Part shown: positions 27,161-40,700 of the stretch, in pieces
Position numbering within the stretch: the stretch's first letter is position 1
Layout of the letters: each line of letters opens with the position of its first letter
Source: Stegostoma tigrinum
Lineage: Eukaryota
Length of the DNA: 64,000 nucleotides
Direction of reading: 5' to 3'
Assembly: GCF_030684315.1 (NCBI RefSeq)
Contig: NC_081365.1
Coordinates: 70,488,898-70,552,897, forward strand
Made by a program: the position numbers and the translations under genes
Notes under the pieces: model-generated
The model's input: only the letters and a program-made list of their open reading frames with translations
The model's database searches: none
Told to the model about the DNA's origin: nothing

Positions 27161-29203
27161 ACCTTGACTCCCTCCCTCACTGCCTAGTGATCACAGTGGC
27201 ATAAACAAGATGCACAGCAGTAACACACCAAGGTTCCTTCAAGAGGACCTTCCAAACCCATGGCCACTTCCACCTAGAAGGACAAGGGCAGCAGTTACAT
27301 GGGAACAGCACCACCTCAAAGCCACTCACCACCCTGACTTGGAAATAAATCACCGTTCCTTCACTGTTGTTGGGTCAAAATTCTCCAATTCCCTTCTTGG
27401 ACTCACCAAAACACGCAGTGGTTTCAGAAGGCAGCTCACCACTACCAGCACCTTCTCCACGGAATCAGCGATGGGCATTAAATGCTGTCTTGGCCGGGGG
27501 AACCCCACATCCCATGGGCAAGTCATTTTAGAAAAAGGCAAAACAAATCAGGGAGAAGGCCAGAATTAGAGCAATGTCGAGGCTGGACAGTGGCGCAAGA
27601 CAGGGAGGGGCAAAGCCATGATGGGACTTGAACAAAAGGGTGAAGAAGATGCCGGTGGATCAGAAGCCAATGTGGGTCAGTGAATGCAGAATGAACAGAA
27701 TTTGGTACGTGCTAAGATACCAGCAGAGTTTTGGAAGCATTTAAGGACAGTAGAAGCTGGATGATTCTACCTTTTGCTTTCAGTGTGTGCATTCCTTTGG
27801 GAATCCTAACACACAGCAGTTGCCCAACTGTTGCTGAAATCTATGGCAGGCCCAGTTTCCCTGAATGGATGTAAAGGGAGAGGACAAAGTGGACTACAAT
27901 AACATAAGCATCACACAGTCTGCCCATTGCTTATGACGGTTCAGAAGATACTCTTCACTCTTGGTCTCCGTTTACAAAACGTACTAGTTTTGGAGGAACT
28001 GAAAACCTCTTGTGTAATCCTGCCAGAATTCTAATACACTCTTAAATCAGCACAAGATCTAGTAGAAGCCACAGAAATCTGGAACTCTGACATTGGATAC
28101 TTGACTCAGGAACAAACATTGCTTGGAGCCTTATTTCATCATATATCATTCCTGTACTGAGCAACGCAGCACAGCTTGATATAAACCTTCTTGCTCAATG
28201 CTGTGGTTCCTTTAAACATCAGCCATTAATTGCAGAGTGATCAGCTTGTTCTTAAGTGAATTACTTCCACAAAGCAGTCAGCAAACCCAAGAGAACGGCA
28301 TGCATTTGAAATTTCTGCTTTCCATCCCTCAATGTCCCGCCCAGCTAATTTTATTCCTGCGGTTTGCTAATACTCTGGCTGAGATAATAATTCCCCAGCG
28401 GCAAGGCAGTACCAAACAAATACATTCTGAGCATAATTGGCTAGCAATTACTGCACAGCAGTTAGCACACAGCAATCTTTTGCTACTGTATCTTTCTACA
28501 ACCACAGCCTTCCCTAGTGCATGTGATGTTTGTAGGCAGGAAGCTGACGAATGAAAATTGCTACAGTTACTCTCATTGTAGCTTATCTGCTGTCTGACAG
28601 AGTTACGAATTCACCTGGAAGTTGCAGCAATTAAAGACTAATCTCCAGGACACTATGGCAAGCAATCAAGAGAAAATTACAGAGGTGTTAAAACAATAGT
28701 TTCAATAACATTATGCTTAAAAAAGGCATTTCAGCACTTTTAATTAATACCCAATGCATGAAAACATTGCTTGATTTGCAGTCACAAATCATTCACTAGT
28801 ATTACAGCGAGTCCCCACCTTCTCATTAGCTGTGGGAGGGAGGGTCATGTTAACAAACACCAATGGGAACAAAGTCAAAGAGAGTTGGCAAAAAGGATTT
28901 CGACAGGTTGGATGAGTGAGCGAACATTTGGCAGAATATAAAAAGTGGGCAATCTCATGAGGTCCACTTTGGCGGGGAGAACAGAAAAGCGGAATATTGA
29001 TTGGAGTGGGACTGCAAGACACTAGGATCTGGGTGTCCTTGTATACGTTGGTAGACAGACACAGCAAGTCATTGGGAAGGGAAATGCAACAACAACCTTT
29101 ATTGCAATGGGCATGGTGCATACAACTAGGGGAACCTTGCTGCAGCTTAGAAGTGTTGAGTAGTGTGTAGTTTTGGTCTTGTATTGGACATCATTCCCAG
29201 AAG

Positions 29204-29395
29204 AACAAAAACAAATTTGCTTGAAAAGCTCAGCAGGCCTGGCAGCATCTGTGGAGGAGAAAGCAGAGTTAACATTTTGGGTCCGGTGACCCTTCCTCTG
29301 CTTTCTCCTCCACAGATGCTGCCAGACTTGCTGAGCTTTTCAAGCAACTTTTATTTTGTTCCTGGTTTACAGCATCCACAGTTCTTTCGGTTTTT
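29204..29395 (+). mobile_element. Fold-back PLE mini element, family B
   Basis: Inverted arms around 29295; TSD atcattcccagaag / atcattcctagaag at 29190-29203 and 29396-29409. Confidence 0.88.
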
Positions 29396-29479
29396 ATCAT
29401 TCCTAGAAGCATTATCAGATGGGGGAAGATTGGTTAGGTTAAACTTATGCTTAACTGCAGTTTCAAAAAATGAGAAACG

Positions 29480-29920
29480 ACGTGTAATAGTCAGGAATGT
29501 GATGGAACACACTCCACTTCCTTGAATGAGTGCAGCTGCAACAATGCTCAATCTCACACAACCCACTTGGCCAGCATCACAGCCACTCCCACCACAACCC
29601 TTACACAGGGGCAGCAGTGCATATCATCAACAAGCTGCACTGCAGCAAGGGGTCTTTCAACAGCACCTTCTAAATCCATATAGCCTATGCTTAGGGGGAG
29701 TACAAAACCACCATTTGCAACTTCCTCTCGAAGCTGCAAGCAATTCCAACTTAGAAATACATCTCTGTTCCACTAGCGTGCCAAGAGCAAACGTTTGGAC
29801 CTCCCTTCCCAATAGGCCAGAGTCCTTACAGCACATGGACTGCAGTCATTCAAAACTAAGCAAAGCACCACTTTCTCAAGAGCAATAAATGCTATCCTAG
29901 CCAGTGCCATCCACATGCTA
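29480..29920 (+). mobile_element. CR1-group LINE family 2, decayed 3' fragment
   Basis: gtcaggaatgtgatggaacacactccac...gcaataaatgct tail, similar to 26700-27520. Confidence 0.7.
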
Positions 29921-30534
29921 CAAACTTAATTTTTAAAGAAAAAGTTTTGACAGGCTGGAAGCTGAGAGGAATTCTTTTCCTCCTTTTGAGGCAATCTGGG
30001 CCACACAGTTCAGAATAAAAAGTGGGTCACTGAACTTTGGAATCGTTCTCCCACAGAGGACACTGGAAGTGGGCTCCTTGAAACCATTCAAGGCCAAGTC
30101 AGACAGATCCTTGTGCTCGGAGGCAGGGAATGAAGGATTGGGAAGGGCAGGCAGGAATGCGGACCAGAGACCACAATCAGATCAGCTGGGACTACCTCAA
30201 ATACCCCAGTGGCTCTGGTTCAGGACTGGACGCGGAGCTGAAGCCGAAAACAAAAATCAGGCGGGATTCCTTGATCCGTTTCCAATAACTCCAGCTGGAT
30301 ATTAGACTGAATTCTGGTCACTGCAACATCTCTGCGATGAGTAGTTGCTACAGTCTGCTCCACCACAGACAAGATCAAGCATAAGGGGATGACAGTCCAG
30401 AGGATGGTGGCATTTGGGGAATAGGTAGCAGCTTCAGGTGAAGGCCAAAGAAACATAGAAAGGAATATACATTAACGTACGGTATTGTTGTGGACCATCC
30501 AACCACCATTTTAAACACTGCTTATGTTTGCCTA

Positions 30535-30900
30535 GTGTCGGCTGTGTCTCAGTGACTCTCTCAGCCTTGGCACAATGTCACAGATTCAAGCCTTGCTCCA
30601 GGGAACTGAGCACAATGAATCAAGGTTGACATTCCAGGACAGTACTGAGAAAATTCTGCACCATAAGCTGCTGTGTTTGGGGTTTAATATTAAACCAAGG
30701 TATCGCCTCAGAGGGACGTAAAACATCCCATCACAACACTTTGGTCAAGAACAAGGAAGGCCGCCTGGTGCAATGGCCAATATTTACCTATACAGTACGC
30801 AAAAACCAATTTGTGGGGACTTGCTTCGTGGAAACTGAGTGCCATGTTTTCACAGACCGCAACGGCTCCAGTGCTCAATGGACAGGAGAAACAGCACAGG
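30535..30900 (+). mobile_element. Deu-domain (SacSINE1/AmnSINE-like) SINE, decayed
   Basis: cagtactgag...ctgcac...ttaaacc...ggacgtaaaacatcccat...ggccaatattta resembles the Deu domain. Further decayed copies lie near 11380, 34472, 35075, 35955, 40245, 45940, 56020 and 59478. Confidence 0.6.
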
Positions 30901-31957
30901 AACGCAAGCTCTTGCTGTCACCTTGTAAAATGGGTGCTTCCTGGCATAGTCTGTAAGCAATGTGGTCACACTGCCTGGACGCAGGTTCATTTTCCTCCAA
31001 CAGTCTGTCTCTCCAACAAACGGGCGATTCAGGCAACAAGAATAAAACATGGGGGTGACACCATGGTACATCCCAGCTGTAACCAAGCTCCTTGGGCTAC
31101 TTGGTTTCAGCAGACAATGTCCATTAAGAGATGAGGCAGACCATGGTTTACCAATCCTCATGGATTGTCCCAAAGGTTTCAGGAATTGAAGACAAATCCA
31201 AGGGAGCAAATCCGGCTAGCATTTGGTGAAGTGGGATTTTTTCTTTGAACACCTCTTCACTTCTTTGTTAGGAAGTGCTTAAAATGGACAGGCAGGGGAC
31301 TGAGAGGAAAGTGTACAGACTCTTCCAGATATAGCCTCTTCCCTGTTCAATTGGTATTGCAAGGCCTAGAGATGGACTGAATGGCAGCAGGTCACCCAAT
31401 GCAGCTTCCAGCTTTATGACCCAGAGTTGACAATCTACTCTGTAGTCAGGGAGATCTGAGAGGTCAAAGGTCCGATGAAGTCTTGCAGGATCTCACTTCT
31501 CACCATTTCTCCTGCATTTAAAGGCAACCTCCAGTCAAGACCAAGCCAAAAAAAAAACATTTTTATATGCTTTTGATGTTACAACAAACATAAAACAAAG
31601 CATGCCCTGATCCTGGAACAGATAAACCATATGCTAGAGCTCTCAATACCATACAGCATATCTTTACAATATAGTAGTCAATATTTTGGGTAAATTAAGT
31701 TATCCTGGTGACTGCTGGAGGGTCTCACTCCCACTCCCCCTATGCCAGCTGAGCTCCAGCAACCCCCATCCTGCAATCTGCAATTCAATGTATTTCCAGA
31801 GGTTTGACTGTGCGGCATGAGATTGGGTGAAATTTGCCAATATCACACTTGCCCGCACAGATTGAAAATATGCATTTCTATCAGAAAACCTGCACTTCAC
31901 CAGAGCCCCTACCCTCATGTTACCTGTCTGAGTGAAGGGCTTTGGGTTCTCTGCATA

Positions 31958-32095
31958 GCAGGAGGACAGAGAACACAGTGTGGGGCTGGAAGAACACAGC
32001 AGGCCACGCAGCATCAGAGGGGCAGGAGGAGGACAGACAACGCAGTGTGGTGCTAGAGGAACACAGCAGGCCACGCAGCATCAGAGGGGCAGGAG
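31958..32095 (-). repeat. Tandem duplication (~70 bp x2) of a PLE family A arm fragment
   Basis: gaacacagcaggccacgcagcatcagaggggcaggag occurs twice in direct orientation. Confidence 0.8.
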
Positions 32096-33511
32096 AGCCG
32101 ATACGAAACAAACACCAAAGGCAGTAGAGGCTCTTGTTTTTCAAATCACAACGTGAGTCGATCTCTCCAGTCTGCACCCCCCACACCACCCGAAACATCT
32201 AACAAGGGGAAAGAATTCTTGCTTCGTTGCTGACCTCCTGCTAAACCCGTGGCCCTCTCTGGGGGGTTGTGCATTCTCTCTCAAACTCTGCTATTGAAAT
32301 ACTTCCAAAGGCATCTGTGGAATGCAAACATTCCTGAACACAAGAACTACAGGCACCTTCTGCTCCTCGCAATTAAAGGGGAGGCAAAAATAAACTGAGT
32401 GCTTGCTATAGTGAAGTGATTAAAACTCACCGCAGCTACAGGACTGTAACTTTTATTGAGGACAGATTATTGCATTTGGGTGTCAGACCTCACTGAAGCC
32501 ATAGTCAGCAGTGAGAGTACGATTGACTGCCTGCTCACCTTCTCCCCTCATGAGCAAACATGAGCATCTGCTATGGCAGACTGACACCACTAGTTTGAGG
32601 GGTTCGAAATAAGAAAGCTAACACATTTCTCCCAACCTGTACTTCATTGTACGTGTGGCTGGGGGAGCAGCAGGAGGCCACTCAGCAGCTAAGTGGTCAA
32701 TGCTGATTGGTCATCCTCCTGTAGGTACCATCATGTGACTTCCTGCCTCAACTCACCCCTGCACATCAACCCTCCTCCCACCATCGGCCCATCCTCAAGG
32801 TCAAGCCTTCCTACACCAACTGGGAAGAGAAATAGAGAAAGGCTGAAACTAGGAACAGTAGGCAGCCATTTGGCCCTTCAAGCCCGCTCCACCACTCAAT
32901 GTGATCATGGCTTCCTGCTTTCTCCCCGTGACCTTTGACCCCTTTAGCTCCAGGAACAATGTTTGTAAGGAGGAGGTAGACAACGTTTTGGCCTCAACTG
33001 CTGCCCGTGACAAGGGACTATTTATATCAATGGAAAACAGAGTCTTCATTCTCCCCTCTTTGTCTACTTTCAATATTTTCTCGCATGGCTGACCCTGTAT
33101 CTCAAAACCATTTCCCAATTATCCACTGAAGTCTGCACATCCTTCAGCGGCTTTGTCCAACAAAAAGAAAACACCTATCAAGCTCCCCCATGGAATTTCC
33201 AATCGAGCCGTAGCGTTCGAAGATCCCCAACATTTTGCTGAGCTTTGGGGAACTGGGAGAGAAGACAGTCCTAAATTTTCACTGTACTTTCTGCAACACT
33301 CTACAACACGCTCACCTCACTGAACCCACTACTCAGAGATGCCAACACATGACTAACTGATCCAGGCAAGCAATGCAAGCAGCAACACAAAAGGGAGCGA
33401 CGATAAAAATTGGTGCTACAATGAGTTGGGCGGTAAACCACTGCGTAACCACATGTCAGCAATACAATACTGTCCTGTTCCATTTTACATCCATTTTACA
33501 ACTCACATTAA

Positions 33512-33900
33512 TTGATTTGATTTATTATTGCTGCATGTACCAGTGAAAAGTTTTGTTTTGCGTGCTACAGGCAGATCATGCCAAACAAAGTGCGTTAGGG
33601 TAACAGAACACAGAGCAAGGGATACAACGATACGGCTGCTGAAAGGTGCACAACAGCACAATCAACCTTAAAGTTTGTGGGGCCATATAACAGCAGGGAA
33701 GAAGCTGTTCTTGAATCTCTTGCTCCACGTGTTTAAGCTTTTGGACCTTCCGCCCGACTGAAGAGGTTGGAAGAGATTATAATGGGGGTGGGAGGGGTCT
33801 CTGACGATGTTAGCTGCCTTTCTGAGTATAGATGGAGGCAATGCATGGAAGGTTGGTTTGTGCGATGGACTCTGCAGCGTACATTATGTTTCTGCATGAA
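33512..33900 (-). mobile_element. Rex1/Babar-type LINE 3' end
   Basis: Minus-strand translation KAANIVRDPSHPHYNLFQPLQSGGRSKSLNTWSKRFKNSFFPA; tail cttttcactggtacatgcagcaataataaatcaaatc. Confidence 0.75.
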
Positions 33901-35644
33901 GGTGGACGGGAAAAACACAGTGCCAATACACACAGCTGCTGCAAAGTGGAAAGATCAAAAGGACAAAATAAAGGAAACAAGGGTAAATGCACGGCCATGC
34001 TTGCCAGTGCAAACTTGGTTTTGGACATCCTCGACGTTTGTTCAAATATTGATTGTCTCTCAGCCATTCAAGTCTGTGGCAGGGAAGCAGGGTTTAACCC
34101 GTGACATCCTCTCCAGCTTGGACTCCCTCTTTCACCATTGACCCAGCAACTAAGAAAGGGACCCGGTCAACACAGCACAGCAAACAGATTGGATTCCATA
34201 TCACAGACACCGGGAAACTAGTTCCACTGAATGGCGAGTCCTCAAGTCAAAATTCACCTTCAGCTGATCAGGAGCAAAACGGGAAACATGCCTTCGGACA
34301 AAAAAAAACACATCAGGAAATCTGAAACTCTTGTCCAAATGCCACCACGCTTCCCCTCTCCATCTTGCAGCAACAGCTACAGACACTAAGGGTTAAGTGA
34401 CCATTTCATGAGTGAGACCTAGTGTTTTTCTGCGGGTTTCACTGAGGATCCAACCGAATCTAACAAAATAAACAGCTGCATTTATACAGCCCCTTTTCAT
34501 AACCACCAGATGTCCCAAAATGCTTTGGCGGAGTAAGAAATACTATTTGAAGAGCAGTCACTGATTAAATGTTGACAACAAGGTAGCCCATCTGAGCAGT
34601 CTCAGTACCACACTGTAGCGTCTGCCTTGTTTACTGTACTCAATCCCTGGAGTACAGTATGATTCCAGAACCTTCCAACTCAGAGGCAAATGCGCTGCCC
34701 ACTGCACACTGAATACTAGAACAAGTTCGGACTTGATGAATGGCCTCCTGCTAATCAGAAGTTACACAGAGCACAGAGTAGCTTCTCATGGCTTAACAGC
34801 GGATCCATTGCCAGCAGGTCCACTCTACCCAAATGAATGGGTCTCACTAGAGGCAGCATGGCTTCCCAGTGAGACCAGCCCATGTACACATAGGAGGGAG
34901 TTATGCCAAAAGTATCAGAAATAATTACATAGCCAGAAAATGAGGTTACAAAAACTCCTCAATGCTGCACACAGGTAGAACTAGAAATTTAATGCCTTTC
35001 AATATCACCTTGAAGCCCATGCAGGCAAGACAGAGTGGCCAGTAACTGTGATGACAATCGTACCAACTAAAGAGGGAACTTGCATTTATGCAGCACCTGT
35101 CAGGCCAAACAAATGCTCTTGACAGCCGTAAGTTCTTGTACGAAGTGCACTCACTGAAGTAACGGAAGAGGCACAGCTTCCAGCTTTTGCCATACAAAAT
35201 CCCAGAAATAACTCTGAGGTGAATTACCAGACCATCTTTTTCTGTTGTTGGTTGAGGGACAGACACTGGCTGGCACGATGGGAGAACACCTCTGCTCTTG
35301 GTTGTGTAAAGGTCTTCAGGACCTGGGAGTAGGGTGTCATGGAGCTGCTCCTCACTGGGCATAAATAACACCACATAGGTGGAGTTAAGAAAGGAGAGAG
35401 AAAAACACACGGAATGTCAAAAGTCTAACAAAGATATATCAGTACGGTTAGAGTCTAATTTATTTCTAAAATACCATAATTTGCAATATTTACTCCAAAT
35501 ATGTAAAATATTGTAAAGAAGCCCTAAGCTGAAGCTACATCTTAACCATGACTCCTCTCTGACCAGTCTGCCCCAAACCCAAACTCTTGGACACTGGCAG
35601 AAAACCACAGCACACAAGTGATTCTTCTCCTCAATCTGGTATAA

Positions 35645-35825
35645 AACTGCCAGAGAAAATGGTAGGCGCAGGTACCGTTACAACAGTTGAGAGATATTTG
35701 GACAAGGATAGGAAAGGTATGGAGGAATACGGGCCAAATGTAGGCAAATGGGACCAGTTTAGTTTGGGAAACCTGGTCGGCATGAACGAGTTGGGCCGAA
35801 GGGCCTGTTTCTGTGCTGTGAGAAT
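35645..35825 (+). mobile_element. CR1 3'UTR fragment
   Basis: gggccaaatgtaggcaaatgggac...gggccgaagggcctgtttctgtgctg. Confidence 0.8.
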
Positions 35826-36482
35826 CTGTTTGTGAGAATTTTTGCATCCAGCTGAAAGAGCAGGTATGTTCACTGGCCCACAGAGCATGAAGGCTGCAGG
35901 TTCCAGGGGCTGAATACACATATTAAAGCTGACCTATTCCAACACAGTACAAAGTGGGTGCTGCCTTGCTGGAGGTGTCACTCTTCGGGTGAGAAGCTAA
36001 CGTGAGGGCCCATCAGAGACAAGCAGAAAATTAACCAAAACTGTTCAAACGAGGAGCGGGGAGTTATTCCTGGTCATCATTTAGCCATCCAGCCACCTCA
36101 GCAATACAGGCAGCCTGGTCATTGCCCAGTACTGTTTGAGACAACCTGCTGGGTAGATGCAATGACGTGCAGCACTGACCCAGAAGTTTGAACTGACTAT
36201 TCAAACACAAACAACTTGATTACCGATTACCAATCCGGTTCCGAGATCTGCATCTTACATCAATCAGGAACACGGAAACTCCTTCAGTGTGGACCAGTCT
36301 GCACTGCAAAAACAAAAAGTCTTAAGGTCCAGCAATCTGTTTATCGGTAAGGTTTCGAAGAATTTGGCACATTACCTGGTACTATACTAGACTCCGGGAC
36401 ATAATCAGGGAAGGTACGCTTCGGGAATCATTTCAAACTGCAAATGTGGGAGTATAAACAGTGAGGTTGTGACCTGTCGAAT

Positions 36483-36760
36483 GGCACGGTGGCTCTCAGC
36501 ACCAGCGACCCGGGTTCGATTCCACCCTCGGTCTCTGTGGAGTTTGCACATGCTTCCCGTGTCAGCATGGGTTTCCTCCGGGTTCTCCGGATTCCCCCCC
36601 CACAGTCCAAAAATGTGCAGGTCAGGTGGGTTAGCCATGGGAAATGCAGGGTTACAGGGATAGGGTAGGGGGTGGGTCTGGGTTTGATTCTCTTCGGAGG
36701 GTCAGTGTGGACTCGATGGGCCGATTGCCCTGTTTTCCACACTATATAGGGGTTCTATGA
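36483..36760 (+). mobile_element. HE1-type V-SINE
   Basis: ggcacggtggctc...gggttcgattcc...tggagtttgcacatgc...ttctatga. Confidence 0.88.
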
Positions 36761-37527
36761 TACTCTTTATGCCAGTGAACTAGGAATCCCAAGGCCTGGA
36801 TCAATGATCCAGAGACAGCGATTTCAAGTTCACTTCAGATAGTAGGCCATTCGAATTCATTGTCTGGAAAAAGAGGGGTCTGGAAAGGAAATGGGATCAG
36901 CACAAGTGGCAAGGAATGATAATATAACACACTGACAGTGACAGACAAGAGAACATTCAGTTTCCCTCAGGCCAGTCTGGGGGATCAGAGCAGGACAGAG
37001 GGATTTTAACTCCAGGTCAATACAGAGATGCAGCAGAGGAAGAGGTCGGTCAGAAAAAACTGCAATTTTTTTTGGGTGGCGGGGGGAACAACAGCCGAGG
37101 GACATCATCTGTGCAAAGGACATTTGACATAATGCCAGTGAGGATGTTGGGGGTGAGGTGGGGATGTTTGCCATATGGTCTAATCAGCAACTGAGTGAAG
37201 AGGGGTCTGAAAGCACAAGGTTCTCATGGAGGGGAAGGCTTTGGAGAAACTGCTTTCAGACTGAAGGATGAGACGGAGAATCAAAAGACAATACAAGGCG
37301 GGGAGTTGCGTGCAGCTGCGCGGCTGAGATGCTGATAGGGAACCTGCAGTTTAGGAGCAGGGGGCTCAGCGAGTGGGTGATGGCAGCACAGGAGGTGTGT
37401 GTGGGGGGGGGGGGGGGGGGGGGTGGGGGCTGCTGATGGTCTCACTACACCCACCGTCTCTTCATGTGTCAGTGACCACAAGAGGTCAGAGGTGGCCTTG
37501 TATCACAGGCAACACAGGGCAGATTCT

Positions 37528-37790
37528 GTTCTGATGAAGGGTCACTGAACCTGAAACATTAGCCCTGTTAACAAGGTGTGGAGCTGGATGAACCGAAACG
37601 TCAGCTTTCCTGCTCCTAAGATGCTGCTTGGCCTGCTGTGTTCATCCAGCTCCACACCTTCTGATCTCGGATTCTCCAGCATCTGCAGTTCTTATTATAT
37701 CTGATACAACATTAACATTGTTTCTCTCTCCACAGATGCTGACAGACCTGCAGCAGAATCTCTCCAGCAATTTCTGTTTGCATTTCGGAT
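37528..37790 (+). mobile_element. PLE family B fragment with HHR core, interrupted by a family A mini element (37570-37707)
   Basis: gtt-ctgatga-agggtcactgaacct-gaaacatt at 37528-37560; degenerate 15-bp TSD at 37555-37569 and 37708-37722. Confidence 0.78.
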
Positions 37791-40700
37791 TCTGTCCTTG
37801 TTCTCTATTTCCAGAAGGATTTGGCAGCGGGCTAAAAGGAGCAGACTGAGCTGAACTTCCGAACACACAACGCTGAGGGCCAGTTAATTTCCAAGCTACG
37901 TTGCCTTCTGCAAGTTGTATTAAAAGGTCAGTCTTGACAGTTTGTGAACGAGAAGGTCCCTGAAATCAGGGCCCTGTTTACTTCCATCCACACTTTGCTT
38001 TAAAAATAACAAAAATGGCTGCAGTTGTAAATCAGAAAGACATAGGCCCCTGTAGAGCGATGGAACCATTCAGCAGCTGTGATTCACACAGGTACAGGAG
38101 TAGAACAGAAAAGACTAGGAAGAGTGAAAAAGGAGGAAAGGCAATAAAACAACAAGAAAAAATTGGAAGAGCTGAGGCAATTGACAGTAATAGAGACTCA
38201 ACCCAGAGTAGCAGAAAATACAGCCGGCAAGCAGCAGAGTGTCGACCACCTCTGGTCAATGATCAGCCCTCAACAGGCAATACTGCTGACTGTGTAAGCT
38301 TGTTGTGTCAGTATTTCCCGTTTTTCTACATTGCTTTAGTGATTATTCATCAAAACATTGGCTATAAATGGGAAAAAATTGGCTACAAGCTACTCTGGGA
38401 CTTGAAGTTTATAGAAGTAAGGTGTCATTGCCTTTCTTTCCATTGTGAACACCAACAATTCTCAAACTGGATTATAGGATGCACTGCAGAAAGAAAAATC
38501 TAAACAGCTATGAAAAGCAAGGAAATAGTGCTCATTAAAGAGCTCAGTGTTACATATAAAGTATCACTGTTAAATGCAGTCAAATCCAATTTTGTACAGC
38601 CTTAAAGGGAGGCTGCTGTCACTGGCTCACTCTCTCACATTCTAACCAGTCACACCAATCTTGTCACCAGATAGTCTACAATCCATTCATTATAGCTTCC
38701 TCTTCTTTCTTTGTTAAAAAGAAAGACTGGAAGATACATGAGCAATAAATCAAAAGCCAAGATAAGAAGCACAGGCAGCATGAATTAACCTTTAGTTTGA
38801 ACCACTTTAGCTCAGCTTTCACAATAAGGAGATCAGTAATACACCTGCGCAGAATAACAGCATCTCCAGCTTGGTGTCCTCTGTGGGTGACAGCTCAGAT
38901 GAGGCTATTACAGTGAGTTAAACCAGTTTTAAAATTTTTGTTTTGAAATGCATTCACAGTATGTGGGCATCTCTGGTGACACCAACGGTCAAAGTGTCCT
39001 TGAGAAGATAGTGATGAGCCACCTTCCTGAACATGTCCGAGAGCCTTCATGGGCTATTTCAGAGGACGGCTGTCTGGCGGAGATTCTGGAGGAATAGATA
39101 TCCAGAAGGACAGCTCTAGAATGTACCACTGGTCACCAACAGCCTGTTCTGCCATTCAAGGAAATCATGGCTAGTCCAATCCCAGTTAAAGCCTTTGCAC
39201 TGTATAGACTAGGCCAACTACGAGAGGCAGATTTACTTCCTGACAGGGCAGTAGTGAACAAGGTCATGTTGTTTTAAAGTAACCATCCAGTCACCTTTAC
39301 ACAGACCAGCATTTTATTCCAGATTGATATAATTAACCAAATTTAAATTCTTTGTATTAGAAATCAAGTAGCATGCACACTATTCTAGGGGGCATACAGG
39401 TGGCAACACTTCAACTATTTTAACTCATGTTACTTCAGAACCCCCAACATGATCAATCAACGTGAATGTATCTCAAGCGTTAGCTATTTAACATCAGTCT
39501 TCAGTAGCAAGCATGTAATGACTTAAAAAAAATCACTCTATATTACGCTTCACTCTACACAACACTCACTCTTCCACTGTAAGCATACTAAAAGGTTGAT
39601 TCATTTGTGCGAAAATGAGGATGAGATCACCCTAACTAATAAAAGTCTCATACTAATTTAATAATTTACTTATCAGAAATACAATTAGTCATAGCTACAT
39701 TCCCAATTAGTCACATCGCCAATTGGACAGCCCTGAATTGATTTGTCGATTTATTATTTGGGTGAAAAAAAAGATACAAATTCACAGTTTGTATCTGTAT
39801 TTTCAAGGTGACTTCATAAAAGAATGCACACAGACTGGTGCATTCAGCTGATTTTTGAAACCAGTTACATCAGTATATTCCCAGAGGCAAACTGTTCAAC
39901 GTTACATGTCAGCAATTCTGCAGAGACTGCCTGCTCCTGGACCGGTTTGCTGACAGGCCCCCTATCCGGGATTTTTCTGGGAACTGCCCCTCTCCTATTT
40001 CGTTCCCATAGTCACTCCCTTGTCCTCGTGTAATACAGAAGACAGTAGCAATGTGCTACTGGTTGTAAGCTGGCTCAGAACTCCAACACAGATGGGCTTC
40101 TTCTTAAACTATATCTTTGCATTTTTCACTCAAACTATCAAAATGGCACCATATCATGGTAACAATTTAAAGTCTTCACTGTATTTTGTTGTATTTCGCA
40201 TGGTTACATGCATGTGACAATAAATCAATCAAATCGAACAATAGAAAAGGAACTCCCATTCATCACAACCCCAGGACACTCAAAGCACAAAGTTGAATCA
40301 CATCTGTGAAGTAGCACACATGGTCAAGTTTGCACAATTGGATCCCACAATGATCAGACAGCAAGCAAATGATATGTTTTACAGATAATGATTGATGAAT
40401 AAAGACTGAAGAGGATAATGAAGAGTGCAGACAAAGCCTTGGGTTAAGGTCTCATGCAATAGACAGTATCTCTAACAGGGCAGCATTTCGAGTCTCTATA
40501 TTGGATTCCCTGATCCATTCTGAGGTTGGGTTTTCACCCTCCGAGAAGCCATTCAGTCCCCAACATGGCAGATCCTAGAGAAAGCTTCTAGCTTTGGCTG
40601 CGCCAGGTTCAGCAATGCAGTTTTCCCACTTTTCCACTGCACTTCCACGGCCACTGCAGCAAGTTAAAGAAACAGTCGCACTTATATAGAATCGACGAAG

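Larger units (their letters stand above)
25217..27520 (+). mobile_element. CR1-group LINE family 2 (RT domain and 3' end), containing two nested SINEs
   Basis: Frameshifted RT motifs [26 protein letters not shown] and MFTNDCT (the F-ADD motif position); 3' tail gggcattaaatgctg...ccacatcccatg. Confidence 0.85.
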
